A stretch of 64,000 bases of DNA from an uncultured Planctomycetaceae bacterium (GTDB lineage: Bacteria > Planctomycetota > Planctomycetia > Planctomycetales > Planctomycetaceae): NCBI GenBank assembly GCA_963976765.1, contig CAXBME010000004.1, positions 1-64,000 on the forward strand, in the 5' to 3' direction. The notes under the pieces are model-generated. The model was not told where the DNA came from. It ran no database searches and saw only the letters and a list, made by a program, of their open reading frames with translations. Made by a program: the position numbers and the translations under genes. The number at the start of each line of letters is the position of its first letter. The stretch's first letter is position 1. This document shows positions 39,801 to 49,350 of the stretch, piece by piece.

Positions 39801-40515
39801 GATCCAGATCGCCCGCAAGCTCCAAAAGCAATTCCCGAACGTTCCCGAGTACGGCATTCTGCTCGCGAATTCACTGCGACGACTGTCAGAACTGCAGGGC
39901 AGTCCTGACCAGCTGCCCCGTTCGCAGCAACTGGTCGACGAGGCCATTTCAATCCTGCGGAAACTCACCGAAGTCTGGCCGGGGCAAATGGTTTACCGAC
40001 TTTCGCTTGCCCGGGCACTCCTGCATTCGGCTATGCTGGAATGGCGTTTGAAAGACTCGGAAATTTACCTGCAACGGCTTGATGAAGCGGTCAGTCTTTT
40101 CGACCATATCGAAGAATTTGACGATCGTCCTAATCCGGTTTCGGATATGTTGTCGATGCTGCACCGCCGACGTGCCGAGTTTTACATGCGAAAGGGACGG
40201 GAATCTGAAGCAGCGGCGGCCTGGGAACTGGCAACAAGACTGACTCCATGGGCGACAGGCGGGCCGGAAAGGCCAGAATTCGACAGCTCTGATTTCGGTC
40301 GCCCCGGCGGATCCGACGAGAATCCTCACTCCCAAAAACAAGACGGACAGAAACCAGACAGGCAGAACCAGGGCGGACCGCGACAGAAACCAAAAGGTCC
40401 GCCGCGAGACAGTCCTGACAACGGGCGACCGGATCGAAATCCGGAAGCCGCAGAAGGCTCCGGAAACAACAGCGAAACGGATCGACAGAAGCGTGAACGA
40501 CCGCCTGCCGAGTGA
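36805..40515 (+). CDS. Ser/Thr protein kinase with TM, TPR-like region and large disordered insertions
   Basis: IGHGGMGVVY, VALK, HRDIKPSN, DFGLA, GTLRYMSPEQ, WARRNP plus TM, helical repeats. Confidence 0.93.
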   Translation: MRDKIIVNDDRSAASVDGETSTVNDDRDPVDVAADEFAERYRNGEYPSVTEYVQRFPEQAEELKELLPAVAMMEQLKQKEESRIDSFERQSAISGLQQLGDFRIIREIGHGGMGVVYEAEQESLGRHVALKVLSPTTFDSPKSIRRFRREAETVGRLHHTNIVPVFGVGDEKGLHYYVMQLIEGEPLNEVVTGLRNRSEGRTVPSSTPNISAEHSEAGNPKCQQGTVSSNGSPSECLADASGFLQPVPSEVQIESSIQAQQESEGDDEFAVTVRQTREELAKLSEPDFADAVDKANARQADTKIESGSDDSSSANRPPHETLQSATERLSALLPTCEYWNAVAGIGIQVSRALAYAHGHGVWHRDIKPSNLLIDRSGTVWLVDFGLARIADDNELTQTGDLLGTLRYMSPEQVIGEFDHRSDVYSLGLTLYELLTFRPAHDASIRGRIIEQISEASPKSPRAINPAIPQDLETIILKATAHDAKDRYQTADELAEDLQRFIQGFPIKARPFSATEQLWRWARRNPALAWTTATTAILLVTVAALSTWGLVAAQNANRDLTEERGRTRLEAERAEDNLRMALQAFEEIVDGISQRGLPQSVHLDLNSDIETEDGETAQPVANLTPVVTEADADLLERLLKFYLDFASRNEASPEVAAQTAKAQRRVGDIYQRLGRRDEAIAAYKNARTQYQVLSLRELNPSLEDILSHPDTPATYDATLAVAAISNQIRDTAAYAGDPKSAVAAYDSTVSYLSSLPDEVKSLPETRFLLAQTKISFAAIPSRMSGQFGGENAGGPRGGHPGSRDPQRHSADGKPDASPYRGGRSGYRRGDASSRDDGRSDFLTASRDRGKRPDHGDSRDDSARAQRGDSHGDFDPRGGGRGPRPGYGPPMEMEKLIRNSRDDARTLLEGLIEEDDQQPAYQLELARLLLASPSFRGRGDETASDPMVELNKAIVILQQLVHDHPGNPDYRFHLADALAMSSRETQRYETPEQTATRYQRSIQIARKLQKQFPNVPEYGILLANSLRRLSELQGSPDQLPRSQQLVDEAISILRKLTEVWPGQMVYRLSLARALLHSAMLEWRLKDSEIYLQRLDEAVSLFDHIEEFDDRPNPVSDMLSMLHRRRAEFYMRKGRESEAAAAWELATRLTPWATGGPERPEFDSSDFGRPGGSDENPHSQKQDGQKPDRQNQGGPRQKPKGPPRDSPDNGRPDRNPEAAEGSGNNSETDRQKRERPPAE

Positions 40516-41137
40516 AACTCCTGAACTCGTCAATCGGGTTATCCGAGGCGACACCGATGCGCTCTCAGAACTGTTCAACGTGCATCGAGCACGCTTGTGG
40601 CGGATGGTCAATTTCCGGATGGACCCACGACTCGCCGGTCGCATCGACGCCGACGACATCCTGCAGGAAGCCTGGATGCGGGCCATCGATCGGATCGATT
40701 CATTCCTCGTCGATGCGTCCCGATCGACCTTCATCTGGTTCCGCATGATCGTGACACAGACGATGCTCGACCTGCACCGTCGCCACGTCGGAGCCCAGAA
40801 ACGCAGCGCCGCCAAAGAAATCTCGATCCACGGCGGCTGGAGCAGTCAGTCAACATCAGTGTCGCTGGCCCGCCATCTGCTCGGACATCTTTCGTCGCCG
40901 AGCAACGCGGCCATCCGCATGGAACTGTCGTCGCAGCTCGAAACGGCTCTCAGCACGATGAGTGACATTGACCGCGAAGTCCTGGCCATGCGGCATTTTG
41001 AAGAACTGACCAACAGCGAAACCGCTCAGGTGCTGGGCATGACCGAACAGGCCGCCAGCGCCCGCTACGTCCGAGCACTCAGCCGCCTGAGGCACGTCCT
41101 GACTGCAATCCCCGGCTTCATGGACGACGCCACGTAG
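40493..41137 (+). CDS. ECF sigma-70 factor, paralog of 36001-36615
   Basis: RMDPRLAGRIDADDILQE, DLHRRHVGAQKR, SSPS, DREVLAMRHFEELTNSETA; overlaps the kinase stop. Confidence 0.92.
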   Translation: MNDRLPSETPELVNRVIRGDTDALSELFNVHRARLWRMVNFRMDPRLAGRIDADDILQEAWMRAIDRIDSFLVDASRSTFIWFRMIVTQTMLDLHRRHVGAQKRSAAKEISIHGGWSSQSTSVSLARHLLGHLSSPSNAAIRMELSSQLETALSTMSDIDREVLAMRHFEELTNSETAQVLGMTEQAASARYVRALSRLRHVLTAIPGFMDDAT

Positions 41138-41267
41138 GTCGCGTCCGTTCAATGTTCGGTGTTGGCTGTTCGATGTTCCTCCCCTTTCGTAGGATGCCGA
41201 AAAATCAGCGGGCGATCGCGCTTCGGTCGCCCATCCACGTACTCCGATTTGAGGTTTCTGAGTTCCG

Positions 41268-42143
41268 ATGTCGAACGTTCTGAAGCTGGGTATTCCGGCC
41301 GGCAGCCTGCAGGATGCCACAGCAGCACTGTTCCAGCGAGCGGGTTATCGCATCACGTTTTCATCCCGCTCTTACTACCCGCAGATTGATGACGCCGAGA
41401 TCGAGTGTCTGCTTATCCGTGCTCAGGAAATGGCACGCTACGTTGAGCAGGGCATTCTCGACGCGGGAATCACCGGGCATGACTGGGTGCAGGAAAACCA
41501 GGCCGATGTTCACGAAGTCTGCGAACTGGTCTTCTCCAAGGTCAGCCGACGCCCCGTCAGGTGGGTGCTGTGCGTGCCGGAAGATTCGTCCGTTCAGTCA
41601 GTAAAAGATCTCGAAGGAAAGAGCATCGCGACCGAAGCCGTCGGCCTGACCAAAGCCTACCTGGATAAACACGGCGTCAACGCGAACGTCGAATTTTCCT
41701 GGGGAGCGACCGAAGTCAAGCCGCCGCGACTCGCCGACGCAATCGTCGAAGTCACCGAAACCGGCAGCTCGCTCCGAGCGAACGACCTGCGAATCGTCGA
41801 CGTCGTCATCGAGAGCACAACTCGCCTGATCGCGAACCAGAAATCCTGGACAGACGAGTGGAAGAAGTCGAAGCTCGAAAACATCGCATTGATGCTTCAG
41901 TCCTGCCTGAATGCCGAAGGCAAAGTCGGCCTGATGATGAACGTCCGTAAGGATGATCTGGAATCTCTGCTCGGCCAGTTACCAGCGTTGCAGACTCCGA
42001 CAATCTCGTCGCTGTCCGATCCGGAATGGGTTGACGTCAACACAATCGTCGACGAAGCCACTGTCCGTACCATCGTCCCGGCTTTGAAAGCCGCCGGTGC
42101 AAAGGGCATCGTCGAATATTCAATCACCAAACTGATCGACTGA
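41268..42143 (+). CDS. hisG: ATP phosphoribosyltransferase (long form)
   Basis: [49 protein letters not shown]-terminal regulatory domain. Confidence 0.96.
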   Translation: MSNVLKLGIPAGSLQDATAALFQRAGYRITFSSRSYYPQIDDAEIECLLIRAQEMARYVEQGILDAGITGHDWVQENQADVHEVCELVFSKVSRRPVRWVLCVPEDSSVQSVKDLEGKSIATEAVGLTKAYLDKHGVNANVEFSWGATEVKPPRLADAIVEVTETGSSLRANDLRIVDVVIESTTRLIANQKSWTDEWKKSKLENIALMLQSCLNAEGKVGLMMNVRKDDLESLLGQLPALQTPTISSLSDPEWVDVNTIVDEATVRTIVPALKAAGAKGIVEYSITKLID

Positions 42144-42330
42144 TTTCAAATTTCAGAGCAGGCTGGAACATACTCCTCGACCGTTCCGGCATTTCAGACG
42201 CCCGCTGCTGAAAACTCAAAACGGGCGAATCGGGAATGCTAATAGACACTAATCCTCGCTGATTATTAGTGAAGATCAGCGGTTATTGGCGGTCCTGAAT
42301 TTTCTCGAAATCACAGGCTGAGCGTAAATC

Positions 42331-42570
42331 ATGGATTCAACAGCCGACCACGAATTCAACCCGAAGACGGCCTCACCTGCTCTGAAAACGGCCATCGCCG
42401 AGCTGGCCGCCAGGTCTGGTCGAGCCGAGGCAGAATTCACCGGCATCCGTCTCGGCGACGCGTACGACCTCGCCGTCAAAACCTGGGGAGACGACCTGCC
42501 CGACTTCTGGAAAGTCTGGAACAGCTGGAACACCGCCAGCGACGACCCCAAACCCTGGGGCGACCTCTAG
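42331..42570 (+). CDS. Small hypothetical protein
   Basis: 79 aa ATG ORF with host-like codon usage; Trp-rich C-terminus. Confidence 0.6.
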   Translation: MDSTADHEFNPKTASPALKTAIAELAARSGRAEAEFTGIRLGDAYDLAVKTWGDDLPDFWKVWNSWNTASDDPKPWGDL

Positions 42571-42948
42571 CGGTAGCTTCTTTGTGTTGCCTGGGTGACA
42601 ACACAGCCAGAATGGCTGTGCGCAGCAGGCATATGATACCTCATCCTCCGCTCACGATCCGAAGCGCGGCTCGGACAATTTGAATCCGCACGCCCACTCC
42701 CCCGTTTCTGTGCGATCCACCCGTTCCGGATGTGACAACCGCTTTCAACGACCTGGCTGGGAATTCGCAAGGTCCGGTCAAACGGGTCAGGAAAGCTGCG
42801 AAAGTGGGAAAGACGCGGCTGAGGCTCACAGGTCGCATTGTCAGGTTTGTCGCGAAAGTCAGGTCTGCGATACTGACGACAATCGTCCGGTAGTGCATAC
42901 TGTGGCGAGATTGCGGTGCAGAACGCGTAAGCTTCGCGGAACGACTCT

Positions 42949-45192
42949 ATGAAGGACCGAGCAGTGTCTCAGCTTCGACTGGCCCTGGTGATCCACAATC
43001 ACCAACCGATTGGCAACTTTGACGGCGTCTTCGAGCAGGCTTACCAGGACAGCTACAAGCCGTTTCTGGATCTGCTGGCCGAATTTCCCAGCCTGGCCAT
43101 CACGCTGCACAATTCCGGAAGCCTGCTGGAATGGCTCGTCGAGCACCGACCAGAATATCTCGACCAGATTCGCTCGCTCGCTGACCGAGGCCAGATCGAA
43201 ATCATCGGCGGTCCCTTCTACGAACCGATCCTCGCCAGCATTCCGCAGCGAGACCGCATCGGTCAGATCCAGCAGTATTCACGTTATCTGGAGGGTCTCT
43301 TCGGACAGCCCGTCCGCGGCATGTGGGTGCCCGAGCGTGTCTGGGAACAATCATTCGCTCGGGACATCGTCGACGCCGGGATCGAGTACACCGTCCTGGA
43401 CGATTCGCACTTCCGCAGCGCCGGTCACACGCCGGAAGAACTGACGTCGCAGTTTCTGACCGAAGACGAAGGTCGCCTGCTGCAGATTTTCCCGGTCTCA
43501 GAACCGCTGCGATACGCCATCCCGTTTGACGACGTCCACAAGTCGATCGAAATTCTGCGCGAGCAGTTCGAACGCAATCCGAATTCGGTCGCGGTCTTCG
43601 GCGACGACGGCGAGAAGTTCGGAACCTGGCCCGGGACGAAAGAAGCCGTCTTCGAAAAAGGTTGGCTGCGGGAATTCTTCCAGCTCCTGCAGGACAATGG
43701 CGAGTGGCTGAAAGTCGTCACGCTGGCTGAGTGCGTCGAAAACCTGATGCCTGCCGGAAGAACATACCTCCCCGACAGCAGTTATCGCGAAATGACCGAG
43801 TGGGTGCTGCCGGCCGAACGGCAACGAGTGCTGCTCTCACTACGCAAAGACAAAGAAAAAAACGACCCGGACTGGCCGGAACTTTCAAACTTTGTACGCG
43901 GCGGCTTCTGGCGGAACTTCCGCAACAAGTATCCTGAAGCCAACGAGATGTACTGCCGGATGCTCGGCATCAGCGAACGACTCGAAAAGCTGACCATCGC
44001 CGACACCGACCGGGAATTCGCAGACCGGTTGGCGGAAGCCCGCACGGCACTCTACCGGGGACAATGCAACTGCTCCTACTGGCACGGAGCGTTCGGCGGC
44101 CTCTACCTGCCTCATCTTCGACACGCGGTTTATACGCAGTTCATCGCTGCCGATACGATTCTCGAAAAAGTCGAGCGGGCGATGAAAGCCGCGTCGAACG
44201 GCACAGTCTGGAAAGCGACTGACCGCTGGGTGGAAGTTGAAGCGAAAGATTTCAACCTCGACGCACGACCGGAAGTGCGAATCGCTGGAGATCGGCTGGC
44301 CGCGTATTTCACACCGGCTGTCGGCGGGCATCTTTACGAACTCGACATCCGGGCCATCCGGCACAACGTGCTGGCTACGCTGAACCGACGACCGGAAATC
44401 TACCACGAAGCGATTCGTCAGGCCGCCAACCCGGACGGCAACGGTGACGACCTGAACGCGGCCAGCATTCAAGGCGAAATCAAGTGCAAGCAGGAAAACC
44501 TTGATCAGAAAATCGTCTATGACGAGTGGCCTCGCAAAGCTCTCGTTGATCACTTCCTGCAGCCCGGCCTGTCTCTGGATGAATTCCGATTGGGCGGCGG
44601 CCACGTCAGCGATTTTCACACTGGGGTTTATCAGTCGCTGTTGAAGCGTTCGCGCGAACGAGTGGAAGCGTGTTTCGCTCGCCGAGCGGCACTTGCTTCA
44701 TACTCGGTACAGGTTACCAAGTCGGTTGTCCTGGAAACGTCAAAAGGAGCGTCGCTGCAGATTCGCTACGACCTGGAAGACCTGCCGGTCGGGATGCCGA
44801 TTCACTTTGCCGTCGAATTCAATCTTGCCGGCCTGCCTGGTGGAGCAGACGATCGCTACTACTACGATCACTCGGGGCAGAGACTCGGCCGGCTTGACGA
44901 AACCCTTGATCAGCCGCACTGCGAACGTATCGGCCTGGTCGACGAGTGGCTCGGCGTCGACGTTTCGCTCGACTTCCCGATGCCGTGCAGCTGCTGGGCG
45001 TTCCCCATCGAAACAGTCAGCCAGTCGGAAGGCGGGTTCGAAACCGTGCATCAGGCATGTTGCGTCGTGCCTCACTGGGAATTCGTCGTCCCCGAAGACG
45101 GTCGCTGGTCCGTCGAGTTGACGCTCGGTATCGACACATCGGCCGCGCTCGCGCGAGAACTCTGCAACGCAGCCGAACCTCGGACTGTGTGA
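42949..45192 (+). CDS. GH57 alpha-amylase/4-alpha-glucanotransferase
   Basis: HNHQP, GGPFYEPIL, WVPERVW (nucleophile), DDGEKFG (acid/base), SYREMTEW, QCNCSYWHGAFGGLYLPHLR. Confidence 0.93.
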   Translation: MKDRAVSQLRLALVIHNHQPIGNFDGVFEQAYQDSYKPFLDLLAEFPSLAITLHNSGSLLEWLVEHRPEYLDQIRSLADRGQIEIIGGPFYEPILASIPQRDRIGQIQQYSRYLEGLFGQPVRGMWVPERVWEQSFARDIVDAGIEYTVLDDSHFRSAGHTPEELTSQFLTEDEGRLLQIFPVSEPLRYAIPFDDVHKSIEILREQFERNPNSVAVFGDDGEKFGTWPGTKEAVFEKGWLREFFQLLQDNGEWLKVVTLAECVENLMPAGRTYLPDSSYREMTEWVLPAERQRVLLSLRKDKEKNDPDWPELSNFVRGGFWRNFRNKYPEANEMYCRMLGISERLEKLTIADTDREFADRLAEARTALYRGQCNCSYWHGAFGGLYLPHLRHAVYTQFIAADTILEKVERAMKAASNGTVWKATDRWVEVEAKDFNLDARPEVRIAGDRLAAYFTPAVGGHLYELDIRAIRHNVLATLNRRPEIYHEAIRQAANPDGNGDDLNAASIQGEIKCKQENLDQKIVYDEWPRKALVDHFLQPGLSLDEFRLGGGHVSDFHTGVYQSLLKRSRERVEACFARRAALASYSVQVTKSVVLETSKGASLQIRYDLEDLPVGMPIHFAVEFNLAGLPGGADDRYYYDHSGQRLGRLDETLDQPHCERIGLVDEWLGVDVSLDFPMPCSCWAFPIETVSQSEGGFETVHQACCVVPHWEFVVPEDGRWSVELTLGIDTSAALARELCNAAEPRTV

Positions 45193-45259
45193 GCGGTCGT
45201 GGATGGCAAGCCGTTGTGGTGACGTCAAGACGAGCCCGACTGCCCGGTCTCGGCGTGCC

Positions 45260-46162
45260 CTACGAAGTCACCGCGTTACACAAGTCGTCGAACAGGCCAT
45301 CGACGGTTGTTTTAAGTTCGTCGTCCAGATGGAAGGCGACGGGGCCGCGGATTACTGAATTCCGGAAGACACCCTGTCGACAGAGCAGGTGTTTCTCGAC
45401 GGCGAGGTAAGCGTCGAGGCTCGTTTGCAGGCTCACCAGTTTCATCAGTGCATTTGAGATTCGGTCTGCTCGATCAAAGTCGGCTGCCTGAAGTGCTGCC
45501 CAGAGTTGGCTCACGGCTGGTGTGAGATCAGCACCGGGCATCGTCCCCACGATGCCGTGCGGGAATGCTTCCCGCAGATGCATGCCGCCGCTGCCCTCGA
45601 AGACTTTGGCCTCTCCATCAGTTTCACGAAGCAGTTCCCGGAGCCGCCCGATGACAGGTTCGGCTTCGGGTTTGAAGAGAACCCGGTTCGGAAATTGATC
45701 GAGCAGGGCAGCCTGGAGGCTGATTCTCATGGGGCGACCGACGTAGCCGCTGGCGTCCTGAACGATCAGCGGAATCGATGTGGCTTTGAGAATCTGCTCG
45801 AAGTAGCCCGCAAGTTCGTATTCAGTGGCGGCGGTGGCGACGGGAGGAATTGCCATCAAAGCATCGGCCCCGCCAGCTTCGGCATCGCGTGCCAGAGCGA
45901 CCGATGTGTGGGTGCTTTCTGAGCCGACACTGATGACTGTCACACCGCGGTCACCGACAGTCTTGCAGACATGAGTGGCCAGTTTACGTCGTTCGTCGGT
46001 CGAAAGCCGCAGCGTCTCAGAAACCATCGCCATGACGACGCCGTCAGCACCGTTGCCGAACAGCCAGTCAATTTCGCGATCGAGTGTCGCAAAGTCGATG
46101 GACTCGTCCGAGTGAAACGGAGTCTGAAAGACCGGCAGAACTCCAGCGATTTCTCTGGCCAT
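45260..46162 (-). CDS. Dihydrodipicolinate synthase-family protein
   Basis: GVLPVFQTPF, ETLRLSTDER, LIVQD, FKPE Schiff-base Lys, GTMPG. Confidence 0.85.
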   Translation of the reverse strand: MAREIAGVLPVFQTPFHSDESIDFATLDREIDWLFGNGADGVVMAMVSETLRLSTDERRKLATHVCKTVGDRGVTVISVGSESTHTSVALARDAEAGGADALMAIPPVATAATEYELAGYFEQILKATSIPLIVQDASGYVGRPMRISLQAALLDQFPNRVLFKPEAEPVIGRLRELLRETDGEAKVFEGSGGMHLREAFPHGIVGTMPGADLTPAVSQLWAALQAADFDRADRISNALMKLVSLQTSLDAYLAVEKHLLCRQGVFRNSVIRGPVAFHLDDELKTTVDGLFDDLCNAVTS

Positions 46163-46168
46163 AACCTG

Positions 46169-47314
46169 TTACTCTTTGCCGGAAAGCGTTTTCAGCGTGG
46201 TACCGGCTTCGATGCGGATTTTGATGTTCGTCGCGTTTTCGGACAACGGTTTGCAAAGAGCAATTGCCTGCTGGCGTTGTTCGTCTGTGATAGCTTTGGC
46301 GAGATCTCGCAGAGCGGTGAGTGCGTTGCCAAGAACGACCTGATTCATATTTTCCTGGCTGCGTGCCCGAATCTTTTTCTCGACTTCTGTATCGCCTTCC
46401 ATCGTGGCCGGATCGACGGGTTCGTTAGCTGTTGTCAAGAGTGCGAGCAGCGCGTCGAACGCCTCCGCCATTCCCCGGCGGGACATGGCCATCGCTGCAT
46501 TGATACGGGTATTCGGGTCGCGATCTTCGGCCAGAACCCGCAGTCGCTGGTCGACGCGATCTCCAGGTATCAGGCCCAGCGTGAAGGCGCAGACCTGGCG
46601 AATCAGCGGGTCGGTGTCCTGCGACACCTCAACCAGCCGATCCGTGATTTCAGATCGGTCGAGCGGTTTTCCATTGTCCTTCGCCCGACCTGCGATCAGA
46701 GCGATCGACCGTAGCGCGTCTGACCGGACGATGGTTTCGTGTTTCTCGTCGGTTGCCTGAATGAGCGCGGGCACGGAGTCATCCAGTGAGTCCAGCCAGC
46801 CGAGTGTTCTCGCCAGAAACGACTGCTGGCTGGTCAGTTCCGCGTCCTGATTGGGTTCGTTGAGCAGTTCGATGAGCAACGTTGCCAGCTCTTTGGCGAT
46901 CTGAGGATTCGTCGAAAGCTGGTTTCCTGATTCTCCGAGTTCGACATCGGACCGCAGCATCTGTGCGAGGCCGGTTGCTCCGCGCCAGCGACGGTGTTCG
47001 TTGTTGCTGCGAACTTCGGCGACCAGCTGTCGCCAGTCCTGCTCACTCGATGACAGTTTTCCGAAGAGTGCCCACACCGCGATCACCGCCGCGACGATCA
47101 GTCCTGGAACCAGAAAAAGTTGCATGATGAAGCTGGCAGATGGCGGTTCAACCGGCGGCAGCTCCTCGGGCAACCCGTCTGTCGAGAGACTACCAGGATC
47201 GGCGACGGATTGAGCGGTATCGCCGTTTTCCGACACATCATTGCCTGATTCCGACGACGTGGATTTCTCCAGCTGGTTCTCAGTCGGTTCGTTAGAGGGA
47301 ACTTCGTCAGCCAT
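46169..47314 (-). CDS. Membrane-anchored HEAT-repeat protein
   Basis: TM LFLVPGLIVAAVIAVW; HEAT units such as DTDPLIRQVCAFTLG and DRDPNTRINAAMAM. Confidence 0.8.
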   Translation of the reverse strand: MADEVPSNEPTENQLEKSTSSESGNDVSENGDTAQSVADPGSLSTDGLPEELPPVEPPSASFIMQLFLVPGLIVAAVIAVWALFGKLSSSEQDWRQLVAEVRSNNEHRRWRGATGLAQMLRSDVELGESGNQLSTNPQIAKELATLLIELLNEPNQDAELTSQQSFLARTLGWLDSLDDSVPALIQATDEKHETIVRSDALRSIALIAGRAKDNGKPLDRSEITDRLVEVSQDTDPLIRQVCAFTLGLIPGDRVDQRLRVLAEDRDPNTRINAAMAMSRRGMAEAFDALLALLTTANEPVDPATMEGDTEVEKKIRARSQENMNQVVLGNALTALRDLAKAITDEQRQQAIALCKPLSENATNIKIRIEAGTTLKTLSGKE

Positions 47315-47792
47315 TTCAGCAGCCTTTTCGCAGTACGATGCCGGACCTTGTGTGCAGATCGGCGAAATTCAATTGTTCGAGGAACCGTCGTTTGCGGGTG
47401 AATCGGCAGTTTTCGGCAGTTTAAGGATCGATCATCACGCACGGGAAGGAAGCGAGGTTTTGCTTCATCATTTGAGCACTGATTGAGAAGCAGGATTCCC
47501 AACCTCGGATGCTCGTCGGTTCAGCACCGGGCGCGTAATTTTGGAACTAACTGGAATCTTATGGCGACGGGACACAATTTTCGGGCCACCTCGTACGCGT
47601 CCTTGCGGAATTCGTTAACCGACGCTGCGTCAGCCGTTTCTACTGCCCGCGCCGTGCTGTATCGTGAGCCCCCTCTGGCCGGAGCAAGGTTTCCGACAAC
47701 AATTCTCACTGCCGGACCGTCACCAGGGCAATCCTCTGGCGTCGCAATGTCAGCTCATTCCAGCACTTCCACTCTCGATCCTCACCCGACTT

Positions 47793-49283
47793 ATGATCTC
47801 ACGCGGCCTCTACATTGCCTTTCGAATCATCATCCCACTGCTCATTTTGAGTGCCGGCGTCGGTGGTTTTGTGTTTCTCCTTGGACTGAAAAAGGAGCCT
47901 GACCGAGCTCGACCGGTACAGGAAGCTCCGCTTGTCGAAACCGTCGAGGTAGAAGAACACGGCGGGGAGCTGACGATCGAGCTGGACGGTTCTGTGGTGC
48001 CGTTTCGTGAGATTTCTTTGTCAGCCGAAGTAGCCGGGCGGATTACTTACAAGTCGCCGCATTGCCGAGCTGGCAAGTTTGTCCAGAAGGGCGAAGTGCT
48101 GTTTCGGATCAACGAGCAGGAATATCAGCTCGCCGTTGACCGGTTGACTCACGAAGAAGAGCAGGCACGGGCCAGCATCAAAGAGCTGAACGTGCAGATC
48201 GAAAGTGCGAAGGCCCTGGTCAAAGTCGCGACCGACGAACTGGCACTAAGAACTCGCGAACTGGAGCGTGTCCGAAAGCTGGCAAATCAGAACGCGGCTT
48301 CAGACTCCGACATCGACATCGCCGAACAGAACGAGCAGGTTTCGCGCCGCACCCTGGTCACTCAGCAGAATCAGGTGAAACTTGAAGAGTCGCGTGTGGA
48401 GCGGCTTGAATTCGCACTTGCGCTGGTCGGAACGCAACTCGCGAAGGCGAAGCTGGATCTCGCCCGGACGGAAGTCAAAGCACCAACCAGCGGAGTGATT
48501 GTCTCTGACCCCGCCGAGGAAAACTCCTACGTTCAACCCGCATCGCCGTTGGCAACTCTGGAAGACAACTCGTCGGTTGAAGTGAGCTGCAGCCTGCAGA
48601 TGGACGAGCTTTACTGGCTGTGGCAACACGATGCCCCACCAGTGGACTCATTGGATTTTCCAGCGATCGGAACGGGCACTGAAGAAAACGACGAACAGTT
48701 TATCCGCGCAGCGACGCTGGCCGCACGAGGGATGCCAGCTGTTCCCGCAACGGTAATTTACGAACTCGGCGGGCAGCGGTTTGCCTGGAACGGAAAACTC
48801 ACCAGGTATGAAGGCGCCGGGCTGGACGAGCGAACTCGTACGATTGGCTGCCGCGTGCTCGTGCAGAATCCGACAGAAGTTTCCCGTCGAAGTTCTTCGC
48901 AGAACTCGTCACTTGTGCTGGCTCCACAGGCCTTACTGCGAGGCATGTTTGTCAGCCTGGAACTGCACGTCGATCCTCGCGTCCCGCTGTTAAAAATTCC
49001 CGAGTCCGCCGTGCGTCCGGGCGACGTCCTGTGGCTCGTCCGCGACGGAAAGCTGGTACGTCAGATTGTCAAAGTGGCACGAGTGGTTAACGGCTTCGCT
49101 TTGATTCCGGCGACCACTTCCGAACTGCGCGCCGGAGATCTGGTCGTTACCTCTCCGCTTGCAACAGAACTCAGCGGCCAGCCGGTAAGGCTGCACGACA
49201 AAGTGACCGATGCGAAGCCAGCAACTAAGGCAGGCTCATCGCAACCACAAGCGGCGAGTCGGATGCCCGACCTTCCGAAATAG
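47793..49283 (+). CDS. RND efflux periplasmic adaptor (membrane fusion protein)
   Basis: N-terminal TM, SAEVAGRI, GKFVQKGEVL, coiled coil, TEVKAPTSG, IPESAV; start reassigned to MISRG. Confidence 0.9.
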   Translation: MISRGLYIAFRIIIPLLILSAGVGGFVFLLGLKKEPDRARPVQEAPLVETVEVEEHGGELTIELDGSVVPFREISLSAEVAGRITYKSPHCRAGKFVQKGEVLFRINEQEYQLAVDRLTHEEEQARASIKELNVQIESAKALVKVATDELALRTRELERVRKLANQNAASDSDIDIAEQNEQVSRRTLVTQQNQVKLEESRVERLEFALALVGTQLAKAKLDLARTEVKAPTSGVIVSDPAEENSYVQPASPLATLEDNSSVEVSCSLQMDELYWLWQHDAPPVDSLDFPAIGTGTEENDEQFIRAATLAARGMPAVPATVIYELGGQRFAWNGKLTRYEGAGLDERTRTIGCRVLVQNPTEVSRRSSSQNSSLVLAPQALLRGMFVSLELHVDPRVPLLKIPESAVRPGDVLWLVRDGKLVRQIVKVARVVNGFALIPATTSELRAGDLVVTSPLATELSGQPVRLHDKVTDAKPATKAGSSQPQAASRMPDLPK

Positions 49284-49350
49284 AACCACGGCCCCCCAGA
49301 ACGAGACCTGCCAACGTCTCCCAAAACTCCATCCCGCATAAATCGCCGCC

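Noticed and set aside
45260..46162. Assigning the symbol dapA
   Set aside because: It lacks the GTTGE motif (has AMVSE) and the catalytic Tyr context (IVQD), so it is probably a different aldolase/dehydratase.
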